Shown: positions 1-12,839, counted from the first letter of the whole stretch. The stretch: 61,649 nt of DNA, filler included, from Sphacelaria rigidula (GCA_964200075.2; 8 parts of 8 records of this genome joined end to end with filler, not necessarily neighbours in it); one strand, 5' to 3'. Notes: generated by a model from the sequence alone, not told the origin. Numbers and translations are program-made.

Positions 1-67
1 AATCGAACCCCACAACTCAACCATCAGAAGGTCACGAGGTTACCAACTGAGCCCCCGGGACGACCGG
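1..67 (-). mobile_element. tRNA-derived SINE head, family A (cut by window edge)
   Basis: Minus strand reads GGCTCAGTTGG (Pol III A box) ... GGTTCGATT (B box); homologous to 570-640 and 33940-34005. Confidence 0.7.
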
Positions 68-289
68 CTTCACAGTACGTGGAAAGTTTCACAATGTTCA
101 TATCGTGTTTTCGATCATGGGGGTGTCCGATCAGGGTATGTCTTATCATTTTTCCCCGATGGGCGTCAAAAAAGAAATGTATCTGATAGGTCCACGTCAC
201 GGATGTTCTCAGATGGCTCCGACTTCTATTTGTAACTATTCGCACGCGACCCGGAAAGGGGGTGGGCGGGTGTGGGGTGTGGGTGTTGT

Positions 290-640
290 CGTGTCATCTA
301 TTCTGGGCGCCAGTCCACACCTTTCGGCACATATGAGCACATCAGCCAAGGTCATACAGGAGGAAGGCCAACACAGGATTTTTTTTATCTCGTTTGAGTA
401 CTCCACCTTACTTCTGCGGTACATGCCTTTATTTTTTATCGCGAGAGGGATTCAGCAGTCCCTTTCCCTCGCCGACCGTGGGGTCGAATTTTTGTGTACC
501 CACGACATAGTCGCTCTCCACTGTTTTCGGGCATCGTGTGAGAAGAAATCCCAGATGGTGTGACTGCACCGAGATTCAAACCCACGACCCAACCGTCAGA
601 AGGTTTTGAGGTCACCAACTGAGCCGTCGGGGCGACAGCC
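290..640 (-). mobile_element. tRNA-derived SINE, family A (~350 bp)
   Basis: A box GGCTCAGTTGG and B-box-like GGTTTGAATC on minus strand, followed by a ~280-bp body colinear with 33660-34005 (shared ttatcgcgagagg, catagtcgctctcca). Confidence 0.75.
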
Positions 641-985
641 TGAAAGTAAATAGCGGAAAAGCTCAACTTTTTCGATCGAAAACATCCAGTGGAGAAGAAA
701 AAGGGGGCACTCGACCCCTCTCTTGCAGACCACCACGCCAGATACCATCCGTTCACAGAACCATACAAACCCCCCCAAAAAACTCTCACCTACCACCCCA
801 AGCCTGCTGCATCGAGCACGAGTTGAGCACAGAGATACATACACTGCAGTAACTGGGAACCGGCACTATCGCTCTTTTGCATGGTGTGTTGCTTTTCTGT
901 TGGCAATAACTCGAGCATCTTCTTGAATAATAAGGGTCGGCAACGGAATTGCGTGGTAGAGTGGGCAACCGAATGGTGTAGACGC

Positions 986-1140
986 GTATGGACAGTATAG
1001 GCAGTGCAAAACTGCACGTTGTTCGAATCTTCTTCACATCCCACCGTATGCAGAGTGCAGTCCTGTGCTGTCTATATTGCACGTTGCCCGCTTCCTTCTC
1101 ACATCGTACTGCACGAAACATACACACCCTGCATGCACAA
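986..1140 (+). repeat. Dispersed repeat; second copy at ~15165-15310
   Basis: atggacagtataggcag...agtcctgtgctgtcta...ccgcttcc matches atggacagtgcaggcag...agtcctgcgctgtctg...ccgcttcc. Confidence 0.6.
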
Positions 1141-2011
1141 AGTACGGTATGTACCGTCGGTACTGATTTCAAGAGTGCCGCTTCGCAACTTCCCACCCTC
1201 TTTTTTTTATCGAAAGCTTGCAAATTCTCTCGGATCCGAACCACGCGAAAGAAACGGACTCGATCAAATCGATTCCACCGCACTGTTTCGTTCGACCCCA
1301 AATAACTATGATGAGACACGCCCTCAAGTTTTTTGTGCTCGAACGAAACAGCGCGGCGGACTTGACTTGATCGAATCCGTTCGGTTTGCGCGTTTTTGGG
1401 TCCGAGCGAGTTTGGAAGCGCTGTAAAATTCGCGAAGCGGTACCTGATCACATCAGTACAGCCTGTACAGCACTGTCTGTACTGTCTGCATACAGTTTGT
1501 GTATGTGTGTGTGTTTTCGCACACTGGGACAAGGATGCACGAAAAAATATTTTGTCCGCACATACGTACCCCAGGGGGTGTTCTAAAACCAAGTAGAACA
1601 GAGTTTTTTTTTTTTTGCTAATACCCGTCAGTCACTGGTTTGTTTTCGATTTCGTGTCGTTTGCATGTTATGACGTGTAACCCTGAGTTGGATGTAGAAA
1701 GAATCGGGCATCATGCAGGACGGACATTACAATCATTCAAGAAGATCCTGAAGTTATCGCTGACAAGAAAAAACATATCATACCAAGAGGGTGATCGTGT
1801 CGGTTCCCAACTACTGCAGCATATAAATATCCCTTTGTTTAACTCGTGCTCTGTGCTGCAGGGTTGCGGTGGTTGCTGAGAATGAGCTGTGTGGGGTTTG
1901 CGTAGTTCTGTGAGCAGGTGTTGTCTGGCATGGTCGTCCGCAAGGTAAAAGTCAAGTTCCCCGCCATGCCTTTCCGCGGCATGTTTTCGGTCGAAAACAC
2001 GAAACTAGCGG

Positions 2012-2520
2012 CACGTGGGACAGCTCGTGAGCTAGCTCCTCTGCGGGCTGTAGCTCACTTGCAGTCGAACATAAACATGCGAGCTACGCCCGATAGCTCG
2101 CCCAGGGTAAACGGACGCTGATGAGCTATGTATTGGTAGCTCACCCGGGGCGAACGTGCGTAGGTCACTTAGCTCTCATCGCTCACCTGGGGAAAGCATG
2201 CGCAGCCCATGTAGCTCTCATAGCTCACCCAGGGAAAATATGCGTAGCTCATGTAGCTTTGATAGCTCACCTAGGAAAGGTATGTGCAGCTCATGTAGCA
2301 CTTATACTGTAGCTCAGTTGGTAGCTACGCTAAAAGAGAGCAAGCTCAAGCTACAGGAGCTGATCACACGTGTGGAGTTTTTTCATTTTTTGCCTTCCGG
2401 TCGTGCGTGAAGACTTGTAAACAAGAGTTGAACCATACAAGATCATCAATGACGGGGACGTATCGGACCGGGATTTTCCTCTTCCGACCCACCTTTTCAT
2501 TCTTTTTTATTTATAAGACA
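2012..2520 (+). repeat. Repeat element with internal 42-bp GTAGCTCA minisatellite (copy 1, ~4 units)
   Basis: Begins CACGTGGGACAGCTC; 42-bp units at ~2137-2310; AT-rich tail homologous to 3510-3720; start region is the reverse complement of 30878-31114. Confidence 0.8.
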
Positions 2521-3035
2521 CCCTAGACCCTAGCCTCTAAGGTATTCCTGAAATGCCTGAAGTACCGTCCCTGAAAGTGCAGTGCAGCACAGTATACAGC
2601 ACAGTGTACTGAAAGTACAGCACAGAGCAATGCAAAACACCACGATACACTACATTGCGGTACAGTACAGCGTACATGCAGCGCAATGATACTTGCAAGC
2701 GAAAGAGAGGAAAGCCGCGTGGCAACGATTTTGCACCACCATGTCACCCACAACGATGGTGGAAGAGTCATGAACTCTGACGGAACGTCAGTGCAGCATT
2801 GCTGCTGCACAGTACGAGTAGACTACGAATCGTCCACACCCTCCTCTTCGGGCTGAAGATACACACACGAGACTGGCAATGGTGTGGAGCCGTACCAAAG
2901 GCAACGCCTTGTGCGCACCGAGCATTTCAATTTCATACAACACAACAAAGCGAATGGTGGTACCATGGCGGCGGCAGGGAGGTCGCCGGCTGCTATGTCA
3001 AATGTTGCTACTCCGTCACTGGTGCTTACGACCGG

Positions 3036-3720
3036 TAGCTCATCTAGGGCGAACAAGCGTAGCTCACGTAGCTCTCATAGCTCATCCAGGGCAAACGTGC
3101 GTAGCTCATGTAACTCTCGTAGCTCACCCAGGGCAAACATGCATAGCTCATGTAGCTCTCGTAGCTCATCCAGGGCAAACATGCATAGCTCATGTACCTT
3201 TTATGGCTCACCCAGGGCAAACGTACGTAGCTCATGTAGCTCTCGTAGCCCACCTGGGGCAAACATGCGTAGCTCATAAAGCGCTCATAGCTCATCCAGA
3301 GCAAACATGCATAGCTCATGTAGCTTTCATAGCTCACCCAGAGCGAACGTACGTAGCTCATGTAGCTCTCATAGCTCACGCAGCGCGAACATGCGTAGCT
3401 CATGCAGCCCTCGTAGCTCATCTAGGGCAAACACGCGTAGCTGATATAGCCCCCACAGCTCACCCAGGGCAAACGTGCGTAGCTCATGTAGCTCTTATAC
3501 CTCAGCAGGGAGCTACGCTAAAAAAGAGCTGGCTCGAGCTATAGGGAGATGTCTGACGAGTGAAAACTTTCCATTTTTTGCCTTGCGGTCGCACTCGAAT
3601 AATTACAAACAAGGGTTGAAGCCATATAAGAACATCAATGACGTGGGCCTGTTTGGTGGGAATTTCTCTTTCCGCTGCAGTTATTCGATCAATTTTTTTA
3701 ATGATAATAATTGCTCTCAG
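3036..3720 (+). repeat. Same repeat family (copy 2), ~11 tandem 42-bp units
   Basis: Unit gctcatccagggcaaacgtgcgtagctcatgtaactctcgta (42 bp) repeated at 3036-3500; 2960-3030 also resembles 3860-3935, suggesting a tandem dimer of the element. Confidence 0.85.
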
Positions 3721-6361
3721 AACGCAAACTTTCAGGATGGACAAAGAGAACTTCAGAACAACAGATGAGGTGACGTGGCTCGACGTGGCTCTATTGTTCG
3801 CAGTGATTGGCCACAGGTTGCCCCACTAAATCCCAGTTTCACGAAACACGACCGAGTAAATACTGGTGCGGCTGCGACAGGGAGGTCGCCTGTCTACCAT
3901 GTCAAAGTTTGCCACTTTGTCACTGATTTGTCGTGATAGGAATGTCAGTTGGGATGGAATGGGCCACGTTGCTTGTTATGGGCATGTTAATTGTGACCGA
4001 ACTGTAGTAGTAGTAGTGGCGGGTGAGGTTTAATGTTCCTCCTCACTATCCTGAACACTGAAGCGACCCTTTAGACTTGAGGATGAAGGTTCTCCAAAAC
4101 AGGGCTCTGATCCTGAGACATATCTGAACTGTTTTTTACAGCATCCAACGTGTGCTGTTACCGGCTTTTCCCCTTGCGTTCTGATCCTGAAACACGAAAT
4201 GCCAGTTTTTTTTAACTCTCTTTTTTTGTGTGCGTTTGTTTTTCTTGTTGGAGTTGAGTCCACTCCTTGTGGAAACAAAGAGGTCGAACTCAAAAGGTTT
4301 TGTCGGGTCACTTTCGTTCAGATATTTTCGTTTTCACCAAATAATCGATTTATTTATTTTTTTAGCCAGAGTGCTGAATATTTTCGTTTCGAGGAAAAGA
4401 GCTCACCGAGGTGTCGAAAAAGTGCAGGCACCTTGATTTGTCGGGAAAAGTTTGAAGGGAGTGCCTGTCTCTATTCTTGGATAGTGCTGCCGTGGAGTCA
4501 TAGCCCAATCTCTTGTGCCTCCGTCAACAAAAAAACGTGGAACGCTCAAATCGCATCAACCTGCACCCGTACTCGTAGACAACGCAAAGAGCAACTAGAA
4601 CTGCAGCAAATGCTGTGCACCGTTGGGATTATCGGCAATACCCTTGTTTTGGCTTGTCGAAGGAGCCGTGAGAGGGTGCGGTGCTTGCCGCAACAAACTA
4701 GACAATGTACTCACCTCAGTACGTTTGAAGCCCAACGGCCGGTCTTCGCAGCCGGGGAACAGTCACACCGTCTTTGTTGCTGTTGGCGCCGACGCGGATT
4801 GCCGTAGCTTTCGAGTTGGTGGACGGATTTCCGCCGAAGCAGGTCTCATGTGCGTGTAGCTGAGCAGAAATTAAGCTCGGAGCTTGTTTTTTGAGTACAC
4901 GACGCTGAAATTTCTATCGTAGGTGCATTTCGTCAGAGTGGGCAGGCACAACGTGGGACCAAAAGCGTCATTTGTTTGTTTTTCCCAGACCCGAAACGAA
5001 CATCGATGTTTTCATGCCATCCGCTCCGCCGTGAATAAACACATCCTCTTCCGTTGCTCTGACCTGTGCTTTGACACATGCTGAAATGTGGGGAGGTGTC
5101 ACATGTACAGGCTGGTTCACGCAAAATGCCCAAAATTCTGTCATCAGCAAATGCCTTCCGCAATACGCACCCAATAGTCGCATACATGGTATGATACTGA
5201 CCGCAATGAACAGACGAAGAGGGGGACATAGCCGGATTTTTGTCCAAGGCTATAGCGGTGGCGCTATGGACAAAAATGTGTCTCGACCAATCAGCGCCTT
5301 TCATAATTGTTCTGAAATTGGAGACACGAATTCCAAGCCCAATTTCCACCGAATCTCCACGTGCTTCAAACCGGAGTAATCGCCATCAGCTCGGGAATCT
5401 AACGGTAGAAATAGATTCGAAAACGGTTTCAACGGTGTCGAATTATGCCCGAAACCGTAATGTTTCGGTGATGTGGAGTTTTGGCGTCGTCTAATTTACG
5501 CTCATGATTCGTACAAAAAAAGACCCAGGGAGCCTCGTGACGATTTCCCATATATCTGTTGTAGAAAAGCTCAGATCATCCTCAAACTTGGCAACTCCGT
5601 AGGTATTGATGCTCCAAATGGGGGAATTATACTCTTGTCAAGATTTCAAAGTTTCTCTATTCTCTACCGGCTTCCGGGGGTCCCAGTATAAAGACCTCCG
5701 GGAGGCGGTACAGAATGCCTCAAAATAAGAGAGAATAACACGATACGCCCTGGGATAGTCCAAGGAACACATGTACAAAGTTTGGTGAAGAAACTAAAAA
5801 CTATCATACAGTTTTTATTGCCTTGAGGTAAAATTCACCCAAAACAGACGTTTTCATACTAGAACCAAGTAGTTCGGAGTTCGCACGTTTCAAGCTCACG
5901 TCCTCCCACAAACGCGCAAACCTTCACGCAGTTATCAGGAGCTAGACCCTGAAACTTCGCGCAAATGTTCTATGGATTATTACCCAAGTTTAGATCGACA
6001 AAGTCGTCTACTTCTCGAATTTTTACCGTTTTTCGGGGGTGCGACAGGATCTAAGTCGTTTTTTCGAAGTCGTCTCCATTCTGGGATCCTGGGAAAACGG
6101 CATAACGTTTTTTTTTGCAATTTTTTTCGCCAAAGCTCTGTCGCCGCAAAACCCAAGGAAGAGCCCCACGAAGTTTCGTGACCAAAATCGATTAACTGAT
6201 GCTAGAACTTTCGTGTTCACGTCGAAGAAGGCCCCGAAACGCCATTTTCATACCAAAATCTAGTAGTTTTCTGTTTCGCCGTGGCACGGCAAGGTTCATC
6301 GCACAAACGCGAAAAACTTCACGCCATTTTAAGGAGTTAGACCCTGAAATTTGGCACAAAT

Positions 6362-6632
6362 GTAAAGAACGTGGGTTCGATTCCCGATCGTTGGATTTTC
6401 TCTTCGGAGTATCTGATTTCCACTGTCGAAATCGTGAGTACGTGAGTAAACGAGAACCACTTGAATAGCTTTGTCTGACGAGAGTTGACGCGGTGCGGGG
6501 GTGCTCAAAATGCGAGGCTTGTACCGGGGAGAGATGGTTGATCTCCTGAGACCACGGACTCGTCCCAAGGAAGGGTCGGAAGGGGGGGGTAAAGTGCGAA
6601 AAATACATTGAAAATGTATCTATATATATATA
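6362..6632 (+). mobile_element. tRNA-derived SINE, family B (5'-truncated)
   Basis: B box GGTTCGATTCCC, body homologous to the reverse complement of 61480-61649 (tctgatttccac...cgtgagtaaac...aagtgcga), ends in an A/TA-rich tail. Confidence 0.65.
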
Positions 6633-6860
6633 TGGTCGTCTGCGAGTAATGAGGCGTCTGATGGGGATGGAAGTAGACGATTCATAACGGAGTCAAGCGT
6701 CTCCCGAACGTTCTACTATAGAAAGAGTAGAAGAAGGAGAAAGTGCTTTTGTGGTTATTCCGCTTGTCCATTTTCTCCTGAGTTGTTTTTTTTCGATCCA
6801 CCCTTTCAGTTGTAATCGTTATTTTTTGTTCACTCTGTCTTGCTGTTTCTATGAACGAAG

Positions 6861-7050
6861 GGGGGCGACACCAGCGCAGTGGATCGGACGAGTTTGAGCC
6901 GCTCCACTCCAGACAAGATGTCCTCTCCCCTCCAAACGGGTACGGTGCTCTGGGGAAGGCTCGTCATTACCTGCGATGCTGCTGCACTGTGGAGGCGCTG
7001 TTCTTCTTGCTAGGGCTGACGATGCTCACTTACCTCTCCAGCATCAACAT
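6861..7050 (+). CDS. Candidate exon of an unknown membrane protein
   Basis: GC-rich open frame GRHQRSGSDEFEPL...VEALFFLLGLTMLTYLSSIN with one hydrophobic helix; pyrimidine tract and AG at 6859-60, donor GTGCGT at 7051. ATG at 6851 is an alternative start. Confidence 0.4.
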
Positions 7051-7620
7051 GTGCGTGTTTTTGCTGCGCGCCCTAGGTTCAGGAAGTTTTCAGTCTAGAT
7101 TTGCCTGTGGTCGTTCACGTGCGGGATGGGGGGGATGTTTCTGTGCCCGCCACATAACGGCACGTGTGTCAGACATACCGATGTTAGAACATACCGCAGA
7201 TGAGTTAAAAGCTGACATAGTACGAGTACGTTTATTGCTGAAGAGCTACTGCTGTAGGTTTCTAATATGGTTGTTTCGAACACGCAACCGACCATCAATT
7301 TCAGTCTTTCATTCGTTTTATTCCGTGGTTACCCTGCGGTTCGCCGTGTGTGTTTTGCTGCTGGCATTGAGCTTTTCGTGTGGGGGTGTTGGGGGGTGTG
7401 CTCATGATCTTGCATGGAATGAGCATATGTGTGTGTTGGGGGGGGGGCGTACTCATTTGTTGCATGCCTTAGTCGTTTGACCATTGACCACGCATCCCTT
7501 TCCAGACGGAGCAATGTTTGTTGGGGGGGGGGGGGGGGTTGTGGTTCAGGGTTATCGTTGTGAATAGTGGCAGAGCGCGTGTCACATGAAGTGTTTTTTA
7601 TTTTTTGCTTCCTGTTGTTC

Positions 7621-7720
7621 NNNNNNNNNNNNNNNNNNNNNNNNNNNNNNNNNNNNNNNNNNNNTTAATTAATTAANNNNNNNNNNNNNNNNNNNNNNNN
7701 NNNNNNNNNNNNNNNNNNNN
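7621..7720. other. Artificial joining linker (also 15340-15439, 23059-23158, 30778-30877, 38496-38595, 46214-46313, 53932-54031)
   Basis: N44-TTAATTAATTAA-N44 (stops in all six frames), recurring every ~7718 bp. Confidence 0.97.
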
Positions 7721-8046
7721 GGGATGCGTACTCATTTGTTGCTTGCCTTAGTCATTTGACCATTGACCACGCATCCCTTTCGAGACGGAGCACTCCATAG
7801 TCAGGGGGGGGGGTATTTAATTGCACGAAAAAGGAGGCTCATAGGTGTATCAGACGACCTGCCACACTCACGGGGCGCTTCTATTTGATTTTAAACGGTG
7901 TCAAGCAGTATGAATGAACGTTATGTATCTATAACAAGCTCATTCGAATAACCGTTGCTGCTTCCAACGACGATTTGACTAGGAATTTCGTGCAAGAAGT
8001 GGCTCGGAATACCCCTCCCCCTATAGTAGCATGACTCGACCGGATC

Positions 8047-8557
8047 TCGTTCACTGCAGACTGAGATCACAGGATGAGCATCGTCGTCCCGACCGGAGAA
8101 CTTCGTGACGCCCTCACCAGCTAATGTCGGGAGAAGGGCCTCCTGATTGACGTCACACACGCCGACCCCCTGTCGGCGGGACACCTCTAGTGGCGAAGCC
8201 CTAGCATCGATGGCTCTGCAGCTGCCACATCTGAGGTGTGCAAAAGCGCACACATCATTAGTCAAGGTCACGTATCCTGTGACCATCGTTGCTTCAAACT
8301 CGCCAACCTAGTGGTGGAGAGTATTGGACACCTCGGAAAATGCAGGGAGGAAGCTGATTGACCAACGAGTTACCAGTGTCGTGATGGATGAAGAGGGAGA
8401 GGGGCTGCTAGCGACTGGATTTCTTCCAGAAAGGTTTAGGCAGGTGATCTCAGTGATAACTCAGGTCACCATCTCAAGGAGGGTGCAGCACCACAGCTTG
8501 GCACTCGACGGAGACAAAGAGGCTGGTGGACATAGTATTCGTGACCCGCGGGAGTAG
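8047..8557 (+). pseudogene. Relic of RLE-type (CRE/R2-like) non-LTR retrotransposon, C-terminal restriction-like endonuclease region
   Basis: Manual translation through stops and one frameshift: SFTAD*DHRMSIVV...GLLIDVTHADP...DGSAAATSEVCK...FKLANLVVESIGHLG/GRKLIDQ...ERFRQVISVITQVTISRRV. This fits the RxD...DVT...K...ExxGxLG pattern of RLE domains. Confidence 0.7.
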
Positions 8558-11500
8558 GATTGAAGTCTAGCTGCAGCGTAATTAATCTAGCAATCGCTCC
8601 CCCCAGCAACGAACCACGTCGGCAGTTATTCGTCTAGTTCTTCCTCTCTTGGTGTTTATTCGGGTCTGTTTGCTCCCGTTGTAAAGATCCAAGTGTTTTT
8701 GTTCCGCCCTGGTGCCTCTGTTTAATAGTCACTGTTTACCGAGTGGTAGCTGCTCGTCTTGTTTTTGTTGGCCGAGTTTGGTTGTCCTCGGTGTTGAATG
8801 GTTCCATCTCCTCGTCTGCTGTCGAATCCTCCCATTGTTCTCAAATATGATCATACTTATCCGCCACGTGGATATCCATAGATGAACATGATATATGCTT
8901 TACGGACAGCTCATCTACAAATTGACCATTTTTTTGCTCAAGAAGATATTTTTCGGTATGTCCAAGTGTCGGTGAACACTTCATGAGTCCTTGCCTTTCA
9001 TTTTAAGCAGATATTCGTAGAACTCCATGTCTTGCAGTCCCTAAAGCCAATGTCGCATCTCTGTTATTGTCAGAGGGCAACGATAGCAACACGAAACATT
9101 GCCTAGCAGCAATGAATGTGCTTAGGCTCTGTTTTATCGAGACAGAGAAAAGGAGCGAAGAGTCAAGTAAGCGTCGAAAAGCTGCATGCTGATAAGTCGC
9201 CGGAGCCAGAGCAACGGATCTATAGTTGCGGCGACCAATCAACATGCTGCTTTCGACGCTTGCTTTGCGCTTCGATTCTTTTTTCTGTCTCGTTAACATG
9301 GTCTCTTCCTCCCCCGACATATTACTATACCCCAATTAATGTTTTTATGTCATTTTTCACTCCACACATCCTGAGGACTTGCAGAGGCGGCAGCACAGCA
9401 CGTACACACGACCAACCTATTGTGCAATTGCTCCTCTCGGGTATTGTTGCCATTCTCCTCCAACTTCGTAACTTGTTTGTACCGTCTTTGCTTAGTTAGC
9501 GAGCAGAATGCCATCCGATTTTGAAGGGATGTCAACCGGCGAATGATTGCGCGTTTTCCTCACCTCCGCCCCCCTCCGTCTCAACAGTGCGGGGTGAGGT
9601 CATCATGCGCAACTCCACCGGGTGACCGTTCCAGGCCATGGTAGAGACACTGTAGGGCGGCTGCGCCGCCACTATCGGCTCTACCACTTGGCTATTTGGT
9701 TTCAACTGATAACTGCAACGCACAACTGTAGCTAAAAGTATGACATTTCCGTGGCAGGTACAGCCGTGGTCCCGCGTATAATAAGCAACAGATTATCTTC
9801 GAAAACGAGGTCAAAAAATAAAATGAGGTTCGAGTCCGAAACGGTGCTTTCCCTGACCTAAAGTCATGACAAGTGACTTTGATATATAGACAACCTCATG
9901 GCTCCCGACCTCCGTGAAACAATTTTCGGGATTTCCCGTCTCTCGTTTCCCCGAAGGTTGTGTGCGAAAGCACCAATTTCGGGCTAAAAAGCGTGCTTCT
10001 TGTAACCCCGAAAATTGAGGCAAAAAGGCGCCTTTGCACATACCCTTTGTGGAACCGGAAAATCGGAAACCCCCAAAATTGAGTCAGGGAGGTCGGGGGG
10101 AATGGGGTCGTCGTATGAAAGTCGTGCGTCATACCTTCAGGTCAGGGGAAGCACTGTTTTGGAGTTGGATATCATCTTAATGGTCAATCTCTTTTTGAAA
10201 GTAAAATGTTCAGCCACCTACTGATGCAACCCGTCAACCACCAGGGTGGGTCGTTCGTTGAATCGGCATTATTTTCACTTTAATAATGATTGCCAGGTCT
10301 AAATGCGGTCAAGGTGTTGACTTTTGACCGCAAGCACATGTCACCTGCAGCAGCTTCCCTTGAAGTAATGATACACGACCCAGATGGACTGCCCCCGCGG
10401 CCAAGGGGTTAACCTTTTGACCGCAAGGGTAGGTCATCTGCGGAATCGGCATCGATTTCACTCGAAAACAATATGTGTGATCCAGGTGGACTGCCCGCAT
10501 CACGGTCGAAGGGTGAAGGCCGGGTCCCGATAAAGGAGCAATACATGTAGGTTTTTGGGAATGGACTCCGACCCGTTAATATGAACACTAATTTTTCGGA
10601 GATCTCGGAATTTTTCGGGAGTGGCAAGGTATCTGCTGATGGCTCTCGAATGCTTGCGAGCGTCATGGAGTACACACAGGGCAGCTCTCCGAAGTGCTGC
10701 GTCGCAGTCTGGATTTTTCGAACGTCTCTAAAAATGAAGCCCTGGAGAAAAAACGAAGCAGCTTCGTTATAGGAGAATTCTGAACACAGAGTTCGAGAAG
10801 TCGAAACATTCTGAGATTTCCACGAGAACGCGGTGTCGATAATATCGGCCTGATCGACACATTTTTTTCGGGGATGTCAGAAATAATAAGAATATAGATC
10901 ACGAAATTCCCGTTTTCGAATTTGTTCAGGATAACTCTAGCCCATTAGGTTGATAATCGTTGCGTCATACGCCAATTTCAAGATGAGATTCCCTGGCCAT
11001 TCCAGTCTTACCCCAAAAACAAAATGCAAGTCAACTGCCAAGATGCCCGCATACAAGAATCATACGCACCTCATGTATCTTTCGACGGTTTAGCAGGGTT
11101 TAGTGCTTTATTTTCAGTACAAATCAAGCGTTACTTTGCTTGTCGATTTCTCCGCCGCGTCTGTTTTGAACCAGCCTGAAACTTGGCACAGAGGTAGACC
11201 ACAGCACAGACAGCATATTCTCGGATCGACGGCACGTTTTACGTGGTGCGCTAGACGCACGAAGCAAAATACGGATTTCAGGCAATGCCATCGATACGCC
11301 GTCAGAACGCAGTCCCCTCGGCCCAGACTGCGTGAGACGTCAGTGGATGCATATGTTGACACGCAGATACGCTCACCTTCTGCTGGGTAGCTCCTGCCCC
11401 GGCAAACAAACATCGATCCGTATTGGGCACACTCTGGATGATATCATTCTACGCGGTACCTATCTTGGTATCGCCTGTAGAGATGCTCACTTCAGGAAGC

Positions 11501-12470
11501 ACGGCCGTGCAAGCGCTGTCAGTGCATTAACGCGCTGAACCTTCGACCACATGTCATGTAGACAACAGGCAACAACCTCATCTTGCTGAATCTGACGTTG
11601 CGTAGTGTATGCGTGCGTATTGGGGCGAAAATATGTCGGATTCTCTTCCGATTTTGTTTTCTTCTGGCGTAAGACTGATTCGATCCCTGAAAGGTATTGG
11701 CGAGTGATGCCGCTATAGCCCCCCCCAAAGAAATGGCTGGTACGAGGAGGCAAAATCTACATGTAAAAACATGTTCGTGAGATCAGGAACGAATTGTCGT
11801 TTTCGAAGCGGGTCCGACATCGATTTGGGGCATATGGCCGCTGATCAATTTCAGGCAGGTAATTTGAAGACGGGCGTTTCTTTTTCGTCGAAAGCTTGCC
11901 AACAGAAGAAGAGGAAAGGTGATTTGTTCCAGAGGAAGATTGGTAGTAGCGGTGGTGCTAAACCAAGAGAGAGAGAGAAGGTGACGCTGTCTCTTCTTTG
12001 TATCCCACGCTAGAGGCTTCTTTTTGTGTGCTGTCATCAGTCAACATTGTGGCGTGTAGCACAAGGGGGGGGAGGGGCTGCTAGCACAACATGTCCTGTG
12101 CAATCAGGACAGCCCTGGGTGCCTGCAGGTGGATGTGCCCCAAATCATCCGTACCCCCCTCCAACATGCACAATGACCTACAGAGGTGGGGGTCTTCATA
12201 TAAGATCGGTCGAGGGCAGGTCGGGTCAGTAGAGTTTACCACTTGGTAGGGATCTGTTGGTTCGATTTGGTTTTAGTGTGGACACCGAAATCTGGATTTT
12301 TATGGGGGCTGTGCTCCTAGCGTGCTCCTAGCGTGCGCAGAACGCGTTTCTGTCGAAATCGCCGCCTGTGGCGCCGATTCGAGGTCTGGCAACACACACT
12401 TCACCTAGAGGGGGACTTTGCACCCTCTTTGCCGGTAGGTTCTCGGTATGCCTCCGTTGGTGTGGGGCCA

Positions 12471-12508
12471 GGGGTAGGGCCAGGGTTAGGGCTAGGGCTA
12501 GGGTTGGG
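12471..12508 (+). repeat. Degenerate interstitial TTAGGG-like repeats
   Basis: ggggtagggccagggttagggctagggctagggttgggg. Confidence 0.6.
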
Positions 12509-12839
12509 GATAGAGTTATTTGGAATGATACATCTCCGGCGAAAGTTTCTCACCCCTACCCAGTGGTAAACTAACCTCGGTCGGGTAGGGTACACCCGAT
12601 ATTTTGGTATTTTGATACGTCGAACACACCAGGAGCTGTTCGGTGATTCTTCAGTAAGACAATCTCATGGAGGCACACACCCGGTGCTCGGTACGCTCAC
12701 ACAGCGCGCCCGTTCAACCTTCAGTAGTGGTAGTACTGTCTTGTACACTTGCAGTGTCCTCTGTACTACCCTTTTAGTGTACCGTACTCTACTATATTGT
12801 ACTGACCTCGGGAATCCGTGCTTTTCAATTAGTCAGCTA

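Noticed and set aside
2110..2160. Hammerhead ribozyme core (CTGATGAG plus stem)
   Set aside because: No GAAA after the putative stem II; it is part of the AGCT-rich repeat.
2879..3544. 221-aa ORF with (AHPGQTCVAHVALI)n repeats
   Set aside because: By-product of a 42-bp minisatellite; several frames on both strands are open and the sequence belongs to a dispersed repeat.
7665..7676. TTAATTAATTAA motif recurring every ~7.7 kb
   Set aside because: Artificial six-frame-stop linker embedded in Ns.
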